Positions 40,071 through 52,440 of a stretch of 64,000 nucleotides of DNA are shown here, in pieces (position 1 is the first letter of the stretch; every line of letters begins with the position of its first letter). The DNA comes from Mobula hypostoma (lineage: Eukaryota): positions 97,342,001 to 97,406,000 of the forward strand of contig NC_086097.1 of the NCBI RefSeq assembly GCF_963921235.1, read 5' to 3'. A model generated the notes under the pieces. The model saw nothing but the letters and a program-made list of their open reading frames with translations. It ran no database searches and had not been told where the DNA came from. A program made the position numbers and the translations under genes.

Positions 40071-41325
40071 TGTCATGGTCAGGTCTGTGAAGTCTGTGTT
40101 CCGGTTCATGGTCCAGTCCATGGTTCCTTGTTCCGGGGTTTCTGGTTTTCCCCAGTTTCTGTTGTGGGCTGCTGGTTTGTTTTGTTAAGATCTCGTGGGA
40201 GCAACCTGCCAGTGGAAGGCTAGAGTGGCCACTTGTCATCTTTGGGCCGTGTTGGAGAACCATCACTTCATGGAGCCTTGCTGTCTGTAGTCGGAACTGT
40301 CTTTGCGGTATGGATTCGGCTGTCTCCTGGGCCAGCTGAGTGGCTGCCAGCCACTCTGAGCTAGGTAGGGATCTGGCTGTTTCCCTAGCCAGCCGAGGTT
40401 GCTGGCTGAACTGAGACTCGGAGCTACCCCAATGCAGAGATGGAACTGTCTGTCGTTCTTTGGTGTTTGTCTCTTCTTGTCCTCGCCTCCGTGGGGTAAG
40501 TCAGGCCATTCTGCCATTGCCCTGCGGGGGGTCCTGTCTTGTCTTGTCCTCGCCTCCGTGGGGTAAGTCAGGCCATTCTGCCATTGCCCTGCGGGGGGTC
40601 CTGTCTTGTCTTGTCCACGCCTCCGTGGGGTAAGTCAGGCCATTCTGCCATTGCCCTGCGGGGGGTCCTGTCTTGTCTTGTCTTTGCCTCTGTTGGGTAA
40701 GTCCAGCCGTTCTGCCATTACCCGACAGATGGACCTGTCCCATCTTGTTGTAGAGATAAGGTTGAGTCCCAGCTTGTCTAAGGATAAGTCCTGGCTCTAC
40801 GTCTATGTTCTGTCCAATCTCATGTTAGTGTCATGTTAAAAATGAGTCACAGCTTTTCGAAGGATAAGTCCCGGCTCTGTGTTGATGTACAGTTCCCAGT
40901 CTGTCTCTGAGCTCCAGCCTCCGAGTTATCAGCCTCCACATTCCAAGACCTAAGACCCCAGCCTGCAAGCCTCAAGAGCCAAGACCCTAGCCTGCAGGCC
41001 TCAAGACTCAAGACCCCAAGCCTGTCTCCAAGCCTCAAGCCTCAAGACCCCAAGCCTGTCTCCAAGCCTCAAGCCTGTCTCTAAGCTTCAAGCCCCAAGA
41101 CCCCTGCCTCCAGTCCTGCAGTCATGTCATGTCCATGCCTGGTTCAGGGGCCTGAGCCCGAGGCAAGACCCAGGTTCTGGGTCCCTGTCCAAGCCCTAGT
41201 CTGTTTTCTTGTCCCTGCTCCTTGTCTGTATCCTTTGACGTCCCTACTCTAGTCAAGTCCTGTTCCTTGTACTTCAGTGTCTGTGTCTTGCATTTGGGTC
41301 TGCTACCAGTGCCCCCATTGTGACA
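40071..41325. mobile_element. Solo LTR (1255 bp) inserted in a CR1
   Basis: TGTCA...TGACA termini; perfect 5-bp TSD AGAGG at 40066-40070 and 41326-41330; no internal coding sequence; internal tandem repeats. Confidence 0.85.
40476..40722. repeat. 67-bp tandem repeat, about 3.6 copies, inside the solo LTR
   Basis: Unit starts at 40476, 40543, 40610 and 40677 (cttgtcctcgcctccgtggggtaagtcaggcc...). Confidence 0.9.
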
Positions 41326-42034
41326 AGAGGACCCAAATAAAAGGAGTGCGATGCTGCATATCCTAATAGGGAACGAGGCAGAACAGGAGACAAAAGTGTG
41401 AGTAAGGGAGAACTTTGAATCTAATGATCTTAATTCCATTAATTTCGAGGTAGGTCTGGTCCTCAAGTTGAGATTTTCAATTGGAGAAAGGCCAATTTTG
41501 ATGGCATCAGAGAGGATCTGGCAGGAATGGATTGGGAGAGGTTGTTTTATGGCAAAGGGATGCTTGGTTGGTAGAAGGCCTTCAAAAGTGAAATCCTGAG
41601 AATACAGAGCTTGTGTGTTACAAAAGGCAAGGCTAACAGATTGAAGGAGCTGTGGTTTTCAAGGGATCTTGATGCCTTGGTTAAGAAGAAGGGATGCACA
41701 ACAGGTATAGACAGCAAGTGAGGTACTTAAGGAGTACAAGAAATGCAGGAGGACAGGGGAGGGAAATCAGGAGGGCTAAAAGAAAGCATGAGGTTGCTCT
41801 GGCAGACAAGGTGAAGGAGAATCCAAGGGGTTTTTACAGATGCAATAAGAACAAAATGATAGCAAGGGGCAAAATTGAAGATCAGCGTGGCCCTCTTGAA
41901 AATCACTGTGGTCATTTATGTGTTTGGAGTCAAAAGAGATGGGGAGATTTTAAATCAATCTTTTGCATCAGTATTTGCTCAGTGATAAACAGAGAGTCTA
42001 AAGAAGTCATGCCAAACTACAATGAGTTTATGGA

Positions 42035-43050
42035 CAGTAAACCATCTAAGGTGTGTGCATGTACACATGCACATACATCTTTTCTACTAGTGCACAAAGG
42101 AATTTAAACTGTGCACAAAAGGCTGTTATCCTCTACCTTGTTGGCATGTTAAGTATATTTCACAATCGTACACAATCACATTTCCTTTTCCTGATGCGGA
42201 CGGTGTTGACAATGTGGAGTTTGCGATGATTTCTCTGCAGATTTTAGAATTGGCTTATTTATTCTGTTTTTATTGAAGAAATTATTGATCCACTATGTCG
42301 AATTCCAAAGAAGCAAATTGCATGAAGCACAGAAAAACTGCCAAATGGCTTAATGAAACAGTATCAAGTTCATAAGGCCAGGAATGTGCAGCTGCGAGAA
42401 ATATTTATGTACAATACAGAAACTGGTGTTACCTGAGTGTATTATCGCAATGCAAAAGTTGCTAGAGAATTTGCAAGTGGGAAGAAGTGGAGTGATATTT
42501 AGAAAGTCGACTTTATAAAGCACCATTTAGCAGCAATCACATATGGACGGTGTGCAAAAGCTCCGGTAAGAAAATCCTTCATTACCCAGCACTGGTCTAT
42601 TAGAGCAACACACAGCAAAGTTGCTGGTGAACGCAACAGGCCGGGCAGCATCTCTAGGAAGAGGTACAGTCGACGTTTCGGGCCAAGACCCTTTGTCAGG
42701 ACCTTTTTGGTCCTGACGAAGAGTCTCAGCCCGAAGTGTCAACTGTACCTCTTCATAGAGATGCTGCCTGGCCTGCTGCGTTCACCAGCAACTTTGATGT
42801 GTATTGCTTGAATTTCCAGCATCTGCAGAATTCCTCCTGACAGGCCTATTACGTATGTTTTGTGAGAGTGCAGATGAACAAGAGTGAAAACAATCAAACC
42901 CATGAGGAGATCAGGGTTCATATTGACAGTGTTTTGCTACCTGTTAAAACGAATACCCCTATATATACAATTCATTGTGCACATGTTGTTGTCACTGGGC
43001 AAAAACAAGATTTTATGCACACTGGTCATTACACATTAGAGGGAACATTC
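42035..43050. mobile_element. Non-autonomous hAT-like element
   Basis: Degenerate TIR cagtaaaccatctaa / ttagagggaacatt; approximate 8-bp TSD tttatgga/gtcatgga; interrupts a CR1. Confidence 0.5.
42603..42840. mobile_element. Fold-back minielement made of two inverted PLE family A 3' ends, with two hammerhead motifs
   Basis: Inverted arms meet at ~42703-42709. Hammerhead-like cores at ~42668-42702 (-) and ~42710-42744 (+), each with a core mutation. Degenerate TSD ctggtctatta/caggcctatta. Confidence 0.75.
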
Positions 43051-46000
43051 GTCATGGACCATATACAGATCACAGAAGAGGAGGTGCTTGCTGTCCTGAG
43101 GCAGATCAGAGTGCATAAATCCCCAGGACCTGAGAAGATGTCTCCTCGGATCTTTTGGCGAGTATAGAAATTGCAGGGACCCTGACAGAGGTACTTAAAA
43201 CATCCTTACCCACGGGTGAGGTGCCAAAAGACCGGAAGACAGGTAATACTATTCCATTGTTCAAGAAAGTCTCTAAGAATAAGATCACAGTCTGTATGAA
43301 AAACTTGCTTCTCAAATTTTCTTTAAGTACATCCCTTTTTCGTTTTTAACCTATACCCTCTAGTTTTAGACTTCTCTACACTTGACCATCTACCCTAGCT
43401 ATAACTGCCATAATTTTATAAACCTCTATAAAGTCACCCGCTCAGCCTCTTGTGCTCCAATGAGAACAATCCTGGTACCCAATCTCTTCTTGTAACTAAA
43501 GCCCTCCATTCTAGGCAACATCCCGCAAGTCTCTTCTACACTTTTTCTCGTACTACATCCTTGCAATACCAGGGTGACCAGAACTACACATGATATTCCA
43601 TGTGTGGCCTAACCAATGTCTTGTATAGCTGCAACATGGTGCCACAATTCTTATAGTCAATAGCTCTCCCTGCCACTGAATGCAAGCAAGCTAAAGGCCA
43701 TCTTCACTACCCTATACACTTGCATTGCCATTTAAAGGGAGCTATGAACCTGCACCCAAGGATCCTATGTATATACCTGGCCAGTGTTAGATTGTCCAAA
43801 ATATCACACTATTCTAGATTACCGAAAATTCCATCTGCCACCGCTCCACCAAACTGTCCATCTGTTCTACATCCCTCTGCATCCTTAGACAACCATCTTC
43901 ACTATATAGAACTCCAGCAATCTTCATGGTGTCAGCAGACTTACTTATAAACCAACATGCATTCTCATCAAATATGTCAACCAACAACAATGAGGAGCAT
44001 ATTGTCTGAAACAGCAGTGCAAACTAATGCAAGAGAACTCTTCCATACCAGAACCGTTTAAGTACAGTACTTGAGAGAAAAGACCAAAAGATATCGGAGC
44101 AGAATTAGACCCTTTGGCCCATCAAGTCTGCTCCGCCATTCCATCATGGCTGATTTTTATCCCTCTCAACCCCATCCTCCTACATTCTCCCGGTAAACTT
44201 TGAGGCCCTTACTAATCCTACACTTATCAACCTCCGCTTTAAATATACCCAATGACTTAGCTTCCACAGCCGTCTGTGGCAATGAATTCCACAGATTCAC
44301 CAAGAAAGAAATTCAACCCACCAAGTTCATGCTTATCATCAACCAACCCTTTTATATTCTCTAACATTAATCCTATCTCTTTCATCCTGCCTGCGTCCTC
44401 ATCAGTTCTCCCCAGATTCTACCATTCTCCAAAATATTAGGAACAACTTACAGTAGTCAATTAGCCTACCAAACTGAAGATCTTTAGGAAACTGGAGTAC
44501 CAGAGGGAAACTCACCAATACACTGGTCGCACGACAAGCTACATGGTACCTTTTACATAATATGATTCTAATTCTAATAATATCTGATCGATAGATCTGA
44601 GTAATTCTCCTTCTCTGCACTGGCTTCAACCCTAATCCTTTCAGAGAGGTCAGCATGTGCCTCAGATGACCCGCTCCCTCAGTAAAACATTGTCCTTACG
44701 CTACTTAGCTGGGCTCATATCTGAAAGATGGCCACTTGAACAAGGTTCAATTGAGTCATTACCAAGTGCCTGTTAAAACCTTCAGTGGAAGGAGAGAGAA
44801 ATTCCAAGGAATCAACGTAAATGCTAAATTCAGTAAAGGTTTTCAGCACTAAAATAGAAGGATAAAACCAGTCCAGAGGAAAGGGGCAAGTTCACCTCTT
44901 TAGATTCTATGCAGCATACAATAGGAGATCATTTTGTCTTAGCCGGCATTGCGTGAGCAAACTAGAGTACTCTGGCTTTCAAAAGCTGTGACATTTAAAG
45001 TCAGCATTAACTTGTCTGGCTTTGCAAGGATGATCATTCCCCTAATATTAGAAACAGCATGAGATCGCCTGGCACAGAGAATGCAAGGATAGAATGATAG
45101 CATTAGCTGTTTAATATTTCACAGAGAATAAAGTTATTTAAGAACTCTCAAGCATTACCAGAGACTGAAAACAAAATAGTTTGTTTTACCTTACAAAACA
45201 GAAGCAAGCTCCTTTGCTAATCCATGGGACGTTTATCTTTTACACAACTGCTTGTGATTCTTAACCAAAGTCAACAGGCAACAAGGGGAGATACAAAGTC
45301 AGATCGCGCCAAAGGAAGATGGCTGGGGTTGCTGGAGGTCAATCGTCTCAGTCCCAGGACATCACTGCAGGAATTCTTCAGGACAGTGTCCCAGATCCAA
45401 TCATGTTCAACTGCTTTCTTAATGACATATTTTTATTATGAGGTCTGAACTGGTATTTTCATGGATAATTGTACAATTATCAGTTCTATTTACAACTCCT
45501 TAGCAAATGGAGTAATCCTTCACATGGCAAGACCAGACAATATTCAGGCATGGGCTGATATGTGACAGGTAACATTTACATCACAAAAGTGCCAAGCAAT
45601 AATGATCTTAAGTAAGAGAGGAATCTAAGTATTTACCCTTGCTATTCAAAGGCATTGTCATTAGCAATTCTTGCACAATCAGTATCCTGGAGGCTACCAT
45701 GGACCAGAAACTCAACAGATCAAATTATAAGTTGGGAATTCTGCAGCAAGTGCACGTCAACGTCTTTACACTGTCATCAAGGCACAAGTCAGGAGTGTGA
45801 CGGAATACTCTTCATTTCCCCTTATGAGTGCAGTGCCAACAATTCCCAAGAAGCTCAGTGCATTCCAGAACAAAGATGATTGGCACCTCATCTATTTCCC
45901 TGTCGACCATTGTATATATGGCTGCAGTGTGCTGCATGTCTAAAATGCACTGCCTTTACTTGACCAAGCATCTCCCAATCCAGTGAACTTTACCACCAAG

Positions 46001-46077
46001 AATAAGGCAGGACATGAGATGACTACTAAGCTGGCCACAAAGTGCACACCATTCTGGCTTGGAAATACATCACCAAT

Positions 46078-47325
46078 ATGAAAAAGGATCTAGTGCTTTC
46101 CCCGCGTATATGACGAATAAACGCTTCTCGGTCTTCCAGCTGGGTACATGTGTCAATTTTAACTGATGTTTCGATGGCAAACTCTGCCATCTTCATCAGG
46201 GATGATGCTGGGCTTGTCTAATCCGATGGTATTTATACCCCCATCGTCCATCCCTCTTGATTGGCTAGTCCTCATCCAATCAGGTTTCCCTCTCCCACCT
46301 TACTTCCAGTTCTTATTTAGAGTGAGACCTTCATCTTTGTTAAAATTCTTTCCCTCTAGTTTTACTTCAATAGCTCCTTTCACCAGGCAGTCCCAAAAGC
46401 TGTTGGCCTGGCACAGTACATTTGTGCCCTTGCAAATGCAATGTTCTGCTACCACTGATTTCTCTGGGTAACCCAAATGGATACACCTCCTGTGCTCCTT
46501 GATGCAAGTTTCCACTGTGCGACCCATCAGGCCGATATACGCTGCTCTGTATTCACAGGGAATCCTGTAAGCACCAACCATCCTAAATCCCAGGTCATCT
46601 TTGACCCACATAAGCTGTGATTTGAGCTTCCTCATGGGTTTGTGGATGGTATTAATCTGGTATTTTTTGAAGAACCTGGTAATCCTTCCAAAATCGTGGA
46701 AATATAGGGAAGACAGTTGGTAGCGACAGGTTCCTCCTCGTTGTTAGGTTTCCTGGTTTTTCTGTTGGCCCTTTTAAGGACCCAATTGATTTCCTTCAGC
46801 TTGTAGCCATTCTGTAGGAACATCATGCACAATTGTCTTATTTCCTCGTGAAGACTCTCTGGGTCCGAAATAGATTTTGCACGGTTACTCAAAGTAGAAA
46901 GAACTGCTCCACATTGGGAGGCGGGATGGTGGCTGCTGTCACACCTCCCAACATAGAGCGGTTCTTTCTCCACGAGGAACCTGCAATGGCCATAGATTGA
47001 CTTTGAGGGCACGTAACTACTGTGCTACACCAGTGGCTTTCGGGACCGCCTGGTAAAGGAAGCCATTGAAATAAACTAGAAGGCAAAAATTTTATCAAAG
47101 ATGGAGTTCTTGCTCTAAATAAGAACTGGAATTCAATTGTAAACAAGGTGGGAGAGCAGAAACCTGATTGGGTGAAGACTAACCAATCAGAAGGGTTAGG
47201 TAATGGGGGTTATGAATACCACTGGACTAGACTTGCCCGGGCATCATCCCTGGTGAAGATGGCAGAGCTTGTCATCAAAACTCCAGTTAAAGTCGATACC
47301 CGTACGTGGGAGAAGAGTTTATTTG
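46078..47325 (-). mobile_element. Penelope-like element (Poseidon-type family B) with inverted 5' end
   Basis: RT thumb (SHHPASQ...LQNGY) and GIY-YIG (GAYRIPCEYRAAYIG...KEHRRC). ~47013-47325 is an inverted copy of ~46115-46420. 11-bp TSD acatcaccaat at 46067-46077 and 47326-47336. Confidence 0.87.
46163..46201 (-). ncRNA. Hammerhead ribozyme motif (PLE family B)
   Basis: CC-CTGATGA-A-GATGGCA gagtt TGCCATC-GAAA-CA-TC. Core and 7-bp stem II intact; stems I and III weak. Confidence 0.6.
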
Positions 47326-47521
47326 ACATCACCAATGCATCTGGTTGTTGGGTCAAAATCCTGGAACTCCTTATTCATTAGCAAGGTGGGAGTACTTTTA
47401 GCAGAATGAAACAATACTATAAGAAGTCAGATCACCACCACCCAGATTAGTTATTAATATCATTCCTGGCTACATAGGCAACACCCACATCTCACAAAAG
47501 GAGCAAGAAAATGAATGTATG

Positions 47522-47590
47522 CAATTTCTTTTGATGTTAAACTGTACTAACGTCTTTGAAATTATTCCTGTTTAACATCAAAAGAAATTG
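47522..47590. repeat. Perfect 21-bp inverted repeat with a 27-bp spacer
   Basis: caatttcttttgatgttaaac (47522-47542) / gtttaacatcaaaagaaattg (47570-47590). Confidence 0.9.
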
Positions 47591-49382
47591 GATTAACAGA
47601 AGAACTCTCTTCTCCTAAAAAGCAAAGGGGATCATTTTCACTGGCAGTCTCCCAATTTTTCCCCTGTAACTACCAGTGAGGGTGATGAGATTGTTTAATT
47701 TTTAGCTATCTATGCTGATGGTCAGAGTATTCCCAGCACCTTCCCTTCAAGCTATATTGGGAAATCAGGCAAACCATCACAGGAACACAAGCTCAGGAAT
47801 GTATACTGTCCTTGGTAAATACGATCCTCCAAGCCAAGTGTGCTCCTTTCAGATAACCTTCCTTAGCATCTATCAGGAAAGGCAGAGAGGCTCACTTCAC
47901 TGTGGAATTGACATGGCATTTAAGTTTTCTCCACTGTTATTCCACAGACACTCATCCCTGCTATCAGTATGTTAACGGGCCATTGTAAATTCCCCATCAG
48001 AGTGTAGACAAGTGGTAGCAGCTAGGAGGAGTTGAAGGGAAATTAGATCAATGTAGGGTCACAAGAAGCTACAACAGGGAGTACAGTATTAGACATAACG
48101 TAGTATCCATCATGGGCTCAGCCTGCCCCACAGTTGGCAATTGACAGCTTCTGTAGGAGGTACTGCCTCAGCAATCCACACCTTTTTTTCATTGCTACCA
48201 TCAGGCAGGAGGTACAGAAGCTTGAAGTCCCACATCACTACGTTCAGAAACACTTTCCTATAATTATCATTTTCCTGAAATGATCTACTCAACACTAACC
48301 TACTTCAGCAATGGAATACTCTGAACCACCTCCCTACACTACCATGGACCTGTCCTGGGCATTTTTTGCATTAATATCTTGTTTTGCATAACTTACTTTT
48401 TCTAATCACTGTCTTAAATAATTTCTTTTTAATTTCTATTATAATATTGTTTATAATACCTACCTACATGCGTGCAATGATGCTATAAGCAAGTTTTGTA
48501 TTGTACCTGTACCTCAGCGTACCCGTGCACACAACTACTTAACCGAGCTGTTGATGGCTGTCGCGGATCCATGGGCCAAAAAGAGATGTTTCCATGCTCT
48601 GTAACTCAATGGCTCTGTGTCCCGCAGGATTGCTTTGACCCAAAGGCTTCTCAGGAACCTACGTACTGCACACAGACAAGGGGGTGGGTGCACACAGGGA
48701 GAAACCGTGGCAGATACCACTTATTGAGATACATACTGAGGTAAGGAGAAGCGAGAGAAAGTGCAGCATAAAACTAGGAACAGCAGGGGAAGGATAGCAC
48801 CATTTTGAGAAGGGAAAACTTGATGTGAAAGTGCTGCTGTTGAAGTCAAAGTGCTGCCTTGAGGCCTTCGGTGAGGAGGGTGACCGACAATAGGGTAAAG
48901 CTCATAATTTACTTCCCTTTCTTTAGTCCACTAGTACTAAGGAGACAGTAATGGTAGTCAGTGGAGTGGTATCAGGGTAATTTGTAGAAGATCAGGGAGA
49001 GGTTTGGTGACCCTGAGGACTATGTCTACAAGAAGTGTATCCAACTGCAGCTCCTCCCAGACTACAGGGATTGGCTGGAGCAACAAATGAACTCACTGAG
49101 GGGCAGGCAAAGAGTATCTGAGATAGGAGCTTCAGGGAAGTGGTCAAACCAAAGGTTCAGCCAGCTCGGTGGGTGAGCACCAGGAGGGACAGGAAAATAG
49201 TTCAGGGACTCCCTGCAACTGCCCCCCTCAAACAAGCGCTTGGAGGAGATGGCTTCTCAGGGGAAAATGACAGTAGCAGCCAGATCAGTGGCACCACAAA
49301 CGGTTTTAAATGAGTATTTCTCATTGATATTCACAAGGAGAAGCATAGTATGAAATGGGAGGGACATGCTGATATTTTAGGA

Positions 49383-50002
49383 CACGAGTGGTGAACCTTT
49401 ATGAGGTTGTGTGCTCAAACTGAGGATGAACTTCTAAAAAATTCTCTCACATGCCATCATAATTTTGAGCAGAGTTTATAATTGATTAATGAATTAGGAA
49501 CACTAATTATGAACTTTTTTAAAGCAAAAAGGCTGAGTCTTGTTATTTATGTATTTTCATTGTTTTATTATTAATAAAAATATAACAGATTGAATTAAAT
49601 GTAGTATTTTAGAGAACCTGTTCAAAAGTTATTAATACTAATCTTTTAAAAAAACAATTAAAAATAGCATCATTTCTAAATAGTATTGTTATTGTACCTT
49701 GTATATAACATAAGAAATGTGAATGTGAACTTAGAAGCTTTAGTGCATATTCATAAAAGATCAGGGAAAGGAATATAAAAACACTTTATTCACAATGAAA
49801 TCTTTGCTGTTGCGCTAACGATAACAAGTATTTTATATCTAACTTGTACTTGGCGCTACACTTGGCAATAAAGATAATCATTATGAACCTTTTTATTGTG
49901 GATGGATTTTAAAGGATTGAGAGGTGGCACTGCATGTCGTGTGCTAACAAAATTTTTTGCATGTGCCATCTTTGGCATGCCTGCCAACGTACACCACCCC
50001 TG
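49383..50002. mobile_element. Non-autonomous hAT-like element
   Basis: TIR-like cacgagtggtgaac / gtacaccacccctg; AT-rich interior; interrupts a CR1. Confidence 0.45.
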
Positions 50003-51309
50003 CATGGCATATTGTTATTAAGGAGGAGGTGTTGAGTCTCTTGAAGGACATTAAGGTACAAGAGTCTCCAGGCCCTGATAGGATCTGTCCCAGGTTACAG
50101 AGACTGTTGTGTGCTCTTTAGTTGCAGGTGAGGTCCCAAAAGGACTAGAGAGTAGCCAATGTCGCTCCTCCATTCAAGGAAAATAAGGATAGTCCAGCAA
50201 ATTATAGGCCTGTGAGCCTTACATCAAAAAATAACCGGCTTTGGGTGAGGTAGGTCTTGTCTTACAAACCTGAATGGGTGTTTATTTATTTAGAGACACA
50301 GCGCAGTCGCCAGCCCTTCTGGCTTAATGAGCCAATGGTTCTCAGTTACACCCATGTGACCAATTACCCAACAGCTCTATTTCTATCTTTGATATCTCTT
50401 TTTTTCCCCTTTTCAAGGTTCTTTTGAAGACCCTGACCTGGAGTTACACTCTGACTTTGGTTCATTACGGGAATAGGACGCGCTCTCAGAGCCTCACGAC
50501 CGGATGCTTTTTGATACCCCAAGGTCGCAGCCTGGAAGACGAGCACGCCTTCAGGGTTCCGGCATTTCATGTCTCTGGGGACGTGCTGTTTCTTGGCTGG
50601 TGCCCCTGACCAAAGCGTCACAGAAGAACGCGGAACAGCGAGAGCAGCGAGTTAGCTGCCGGGGGTTGTGTGTCTGGGGAGCCACATCCTTTTTAGTGCC
50701 AACTCTCCGGGTGCAGAGCTCGGAAAAAGCAACGCAACAGACTTTTAACATCATAAATCAGCAAGTTGTTAGTTATGTCTCCCCTGTCACTGTGAAACAG
50801 CGACACCTCTTTTTCCCTTATTAGGGAGAGGGAGAGCCTGTGGGACGTAGAATTACTGGGTGAATGTGTAGTTTTTGAGGTACTGCAAGTCTGTGTCTTT
50901 ATTGATGCTTTGCTGCACGTTTGAGTGCTCAGTGGGAGGCGCTGATGCTTTTTAGTTGGTGGGGGTGGGGGGGGCTTAGGGTTCTAACATTTTAACTGTC
51001 TTTGGGGCACTCCTCTGTTTTTGTGGATGTTTGCAAAGAAAAAGAATTTCAGGATGTATATTATATACATTTCTCTGACATTAAATGTACCTCTTGAAAC
51101 CAGTTGAACCACTGCATCTTTGGAATGTGGGAAGAAGCACATGTTTTTACAGGGAGAGCATACAAACTTCTTACAGATGGTGGTGGAATTGAACCAGGGT
51201 CACAGCCACTGCAACGGCACTATGCTAACTGTTACGCCATTGCGCCTCCCCATGGTAGTGTCGAGGTTAGGATAACGCTAATACAGAGCCATCTTCTCTT
51301 CCAAGGTTG

Positions 51310-51499
51310 CTGGTGAGGAGAGGGCAAATGATGTCATATACATGAACTTTCAACAAGGTTCATCACCATAAACTGATCCAGAGGATTAAGGCACGTAGGA
51401 TCTAAATTTGTAAAGCTATAGAAAACGAAGAGTAGTGGCAGAGAGATGTTATTCTGACTAACAGTCTGTGACCAGTGGAGTTCAGCGGGGATCAGTTCT

Positions 51500-51553
<54 letters not shown>

Positions 51554-52440
51554 ATATGTGTGTATATATATGTCTATGTATAAACGATATGGACAGAAAA
51601 ATAGGTGGACTGATTCGTAAGTTTACAGATGGCACAAAAATTAGTATAGTCATGGATAGTGAGGAAGGTTGTCAAATAATATAGTGGGATAAATATCAGT
51701 TGGAAGAGTGGACACAGAATAGGCAAGTAGAGTTTAATCTGGACAAGTGAGGCCAAATGCAAGAAGAGAGCATGGGTATGGTAAGTTACAGGGTCCTTAA
51801 TAATATTAATGTACAGAGGGATTTTGTAGTGCAAGTCCATAGCTTCCTGAACATGGCAAAACAAATGGAAAGAGTGGTAGAGAAGGCACGCGGCTTGCTT
51901 GCCTTCATCATTTGGGACACTGAGTGTAAGCACTGGCAAGTCATGTTGCAGCTATATTTAACATTGGATGAGTCACATTGTAGTATTGTGCAATTCTGGT
52001 CACCACATTACAGAAAGGACGTGGAGACTTCAGAGAGGGTGCAGAAGAGGTTCAGCAGAAATAGAGACTATGAACTATTAAGGAGAGGCTGTTCCAACTT
52101 ACCTTGTTTTTTCTCTGGAGTTTTGGAGGCTGAGGGATACATAACAGGAGTATATAAAATTATGAGAGGAATGGGTGGGATAGTCAGAGTGAATTCTCTA
52201 GGATGCCAGTGTTCAAGAGTAGAGGGCAAAGCTTTAAGCTGAGAGGAAGAAAGTTCAAAGAAGATTTATGAGACAATTATTTTTACAAAGAGAGTGGTAA
52301 GTGCCTTGGAGGTGGTGGAAGAAGAATCAAAATTAACATTTGAGAGGCAATTAGACAGGACCATGAAACAGGCAGGGAAATGAGGGATACAGGCCATGTA
52401 TGGGCAGGTGGGTTCAGTTTAGTACGGCATTATTTCCAGC
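51310..52440 (+). mobile_element. CR1 fragment with an internal (GT)n microsatellite at ~51499-51575
   Basis: KFTDGTKI and QFWSPHYRKDVETSERVQKRF. Confidence 0.75.

Larger units (their letters stand above)
40000..43270 (+). mobile_element. CR1 fragment hosting a solo LTR and a hAT-like element
   Basis: EIRRAKRKHEVALADKVKENPRGFY and VHKSPGPEKMSPR; continuous across the insertions. Confidence 0.7.

Noticed and set aside
40476..40722. Regularly spaced repeats as a possible CRISPR array
   Set aside because: Contiguous tandem units with no unique spacers, inside a eukaryotic LTR.
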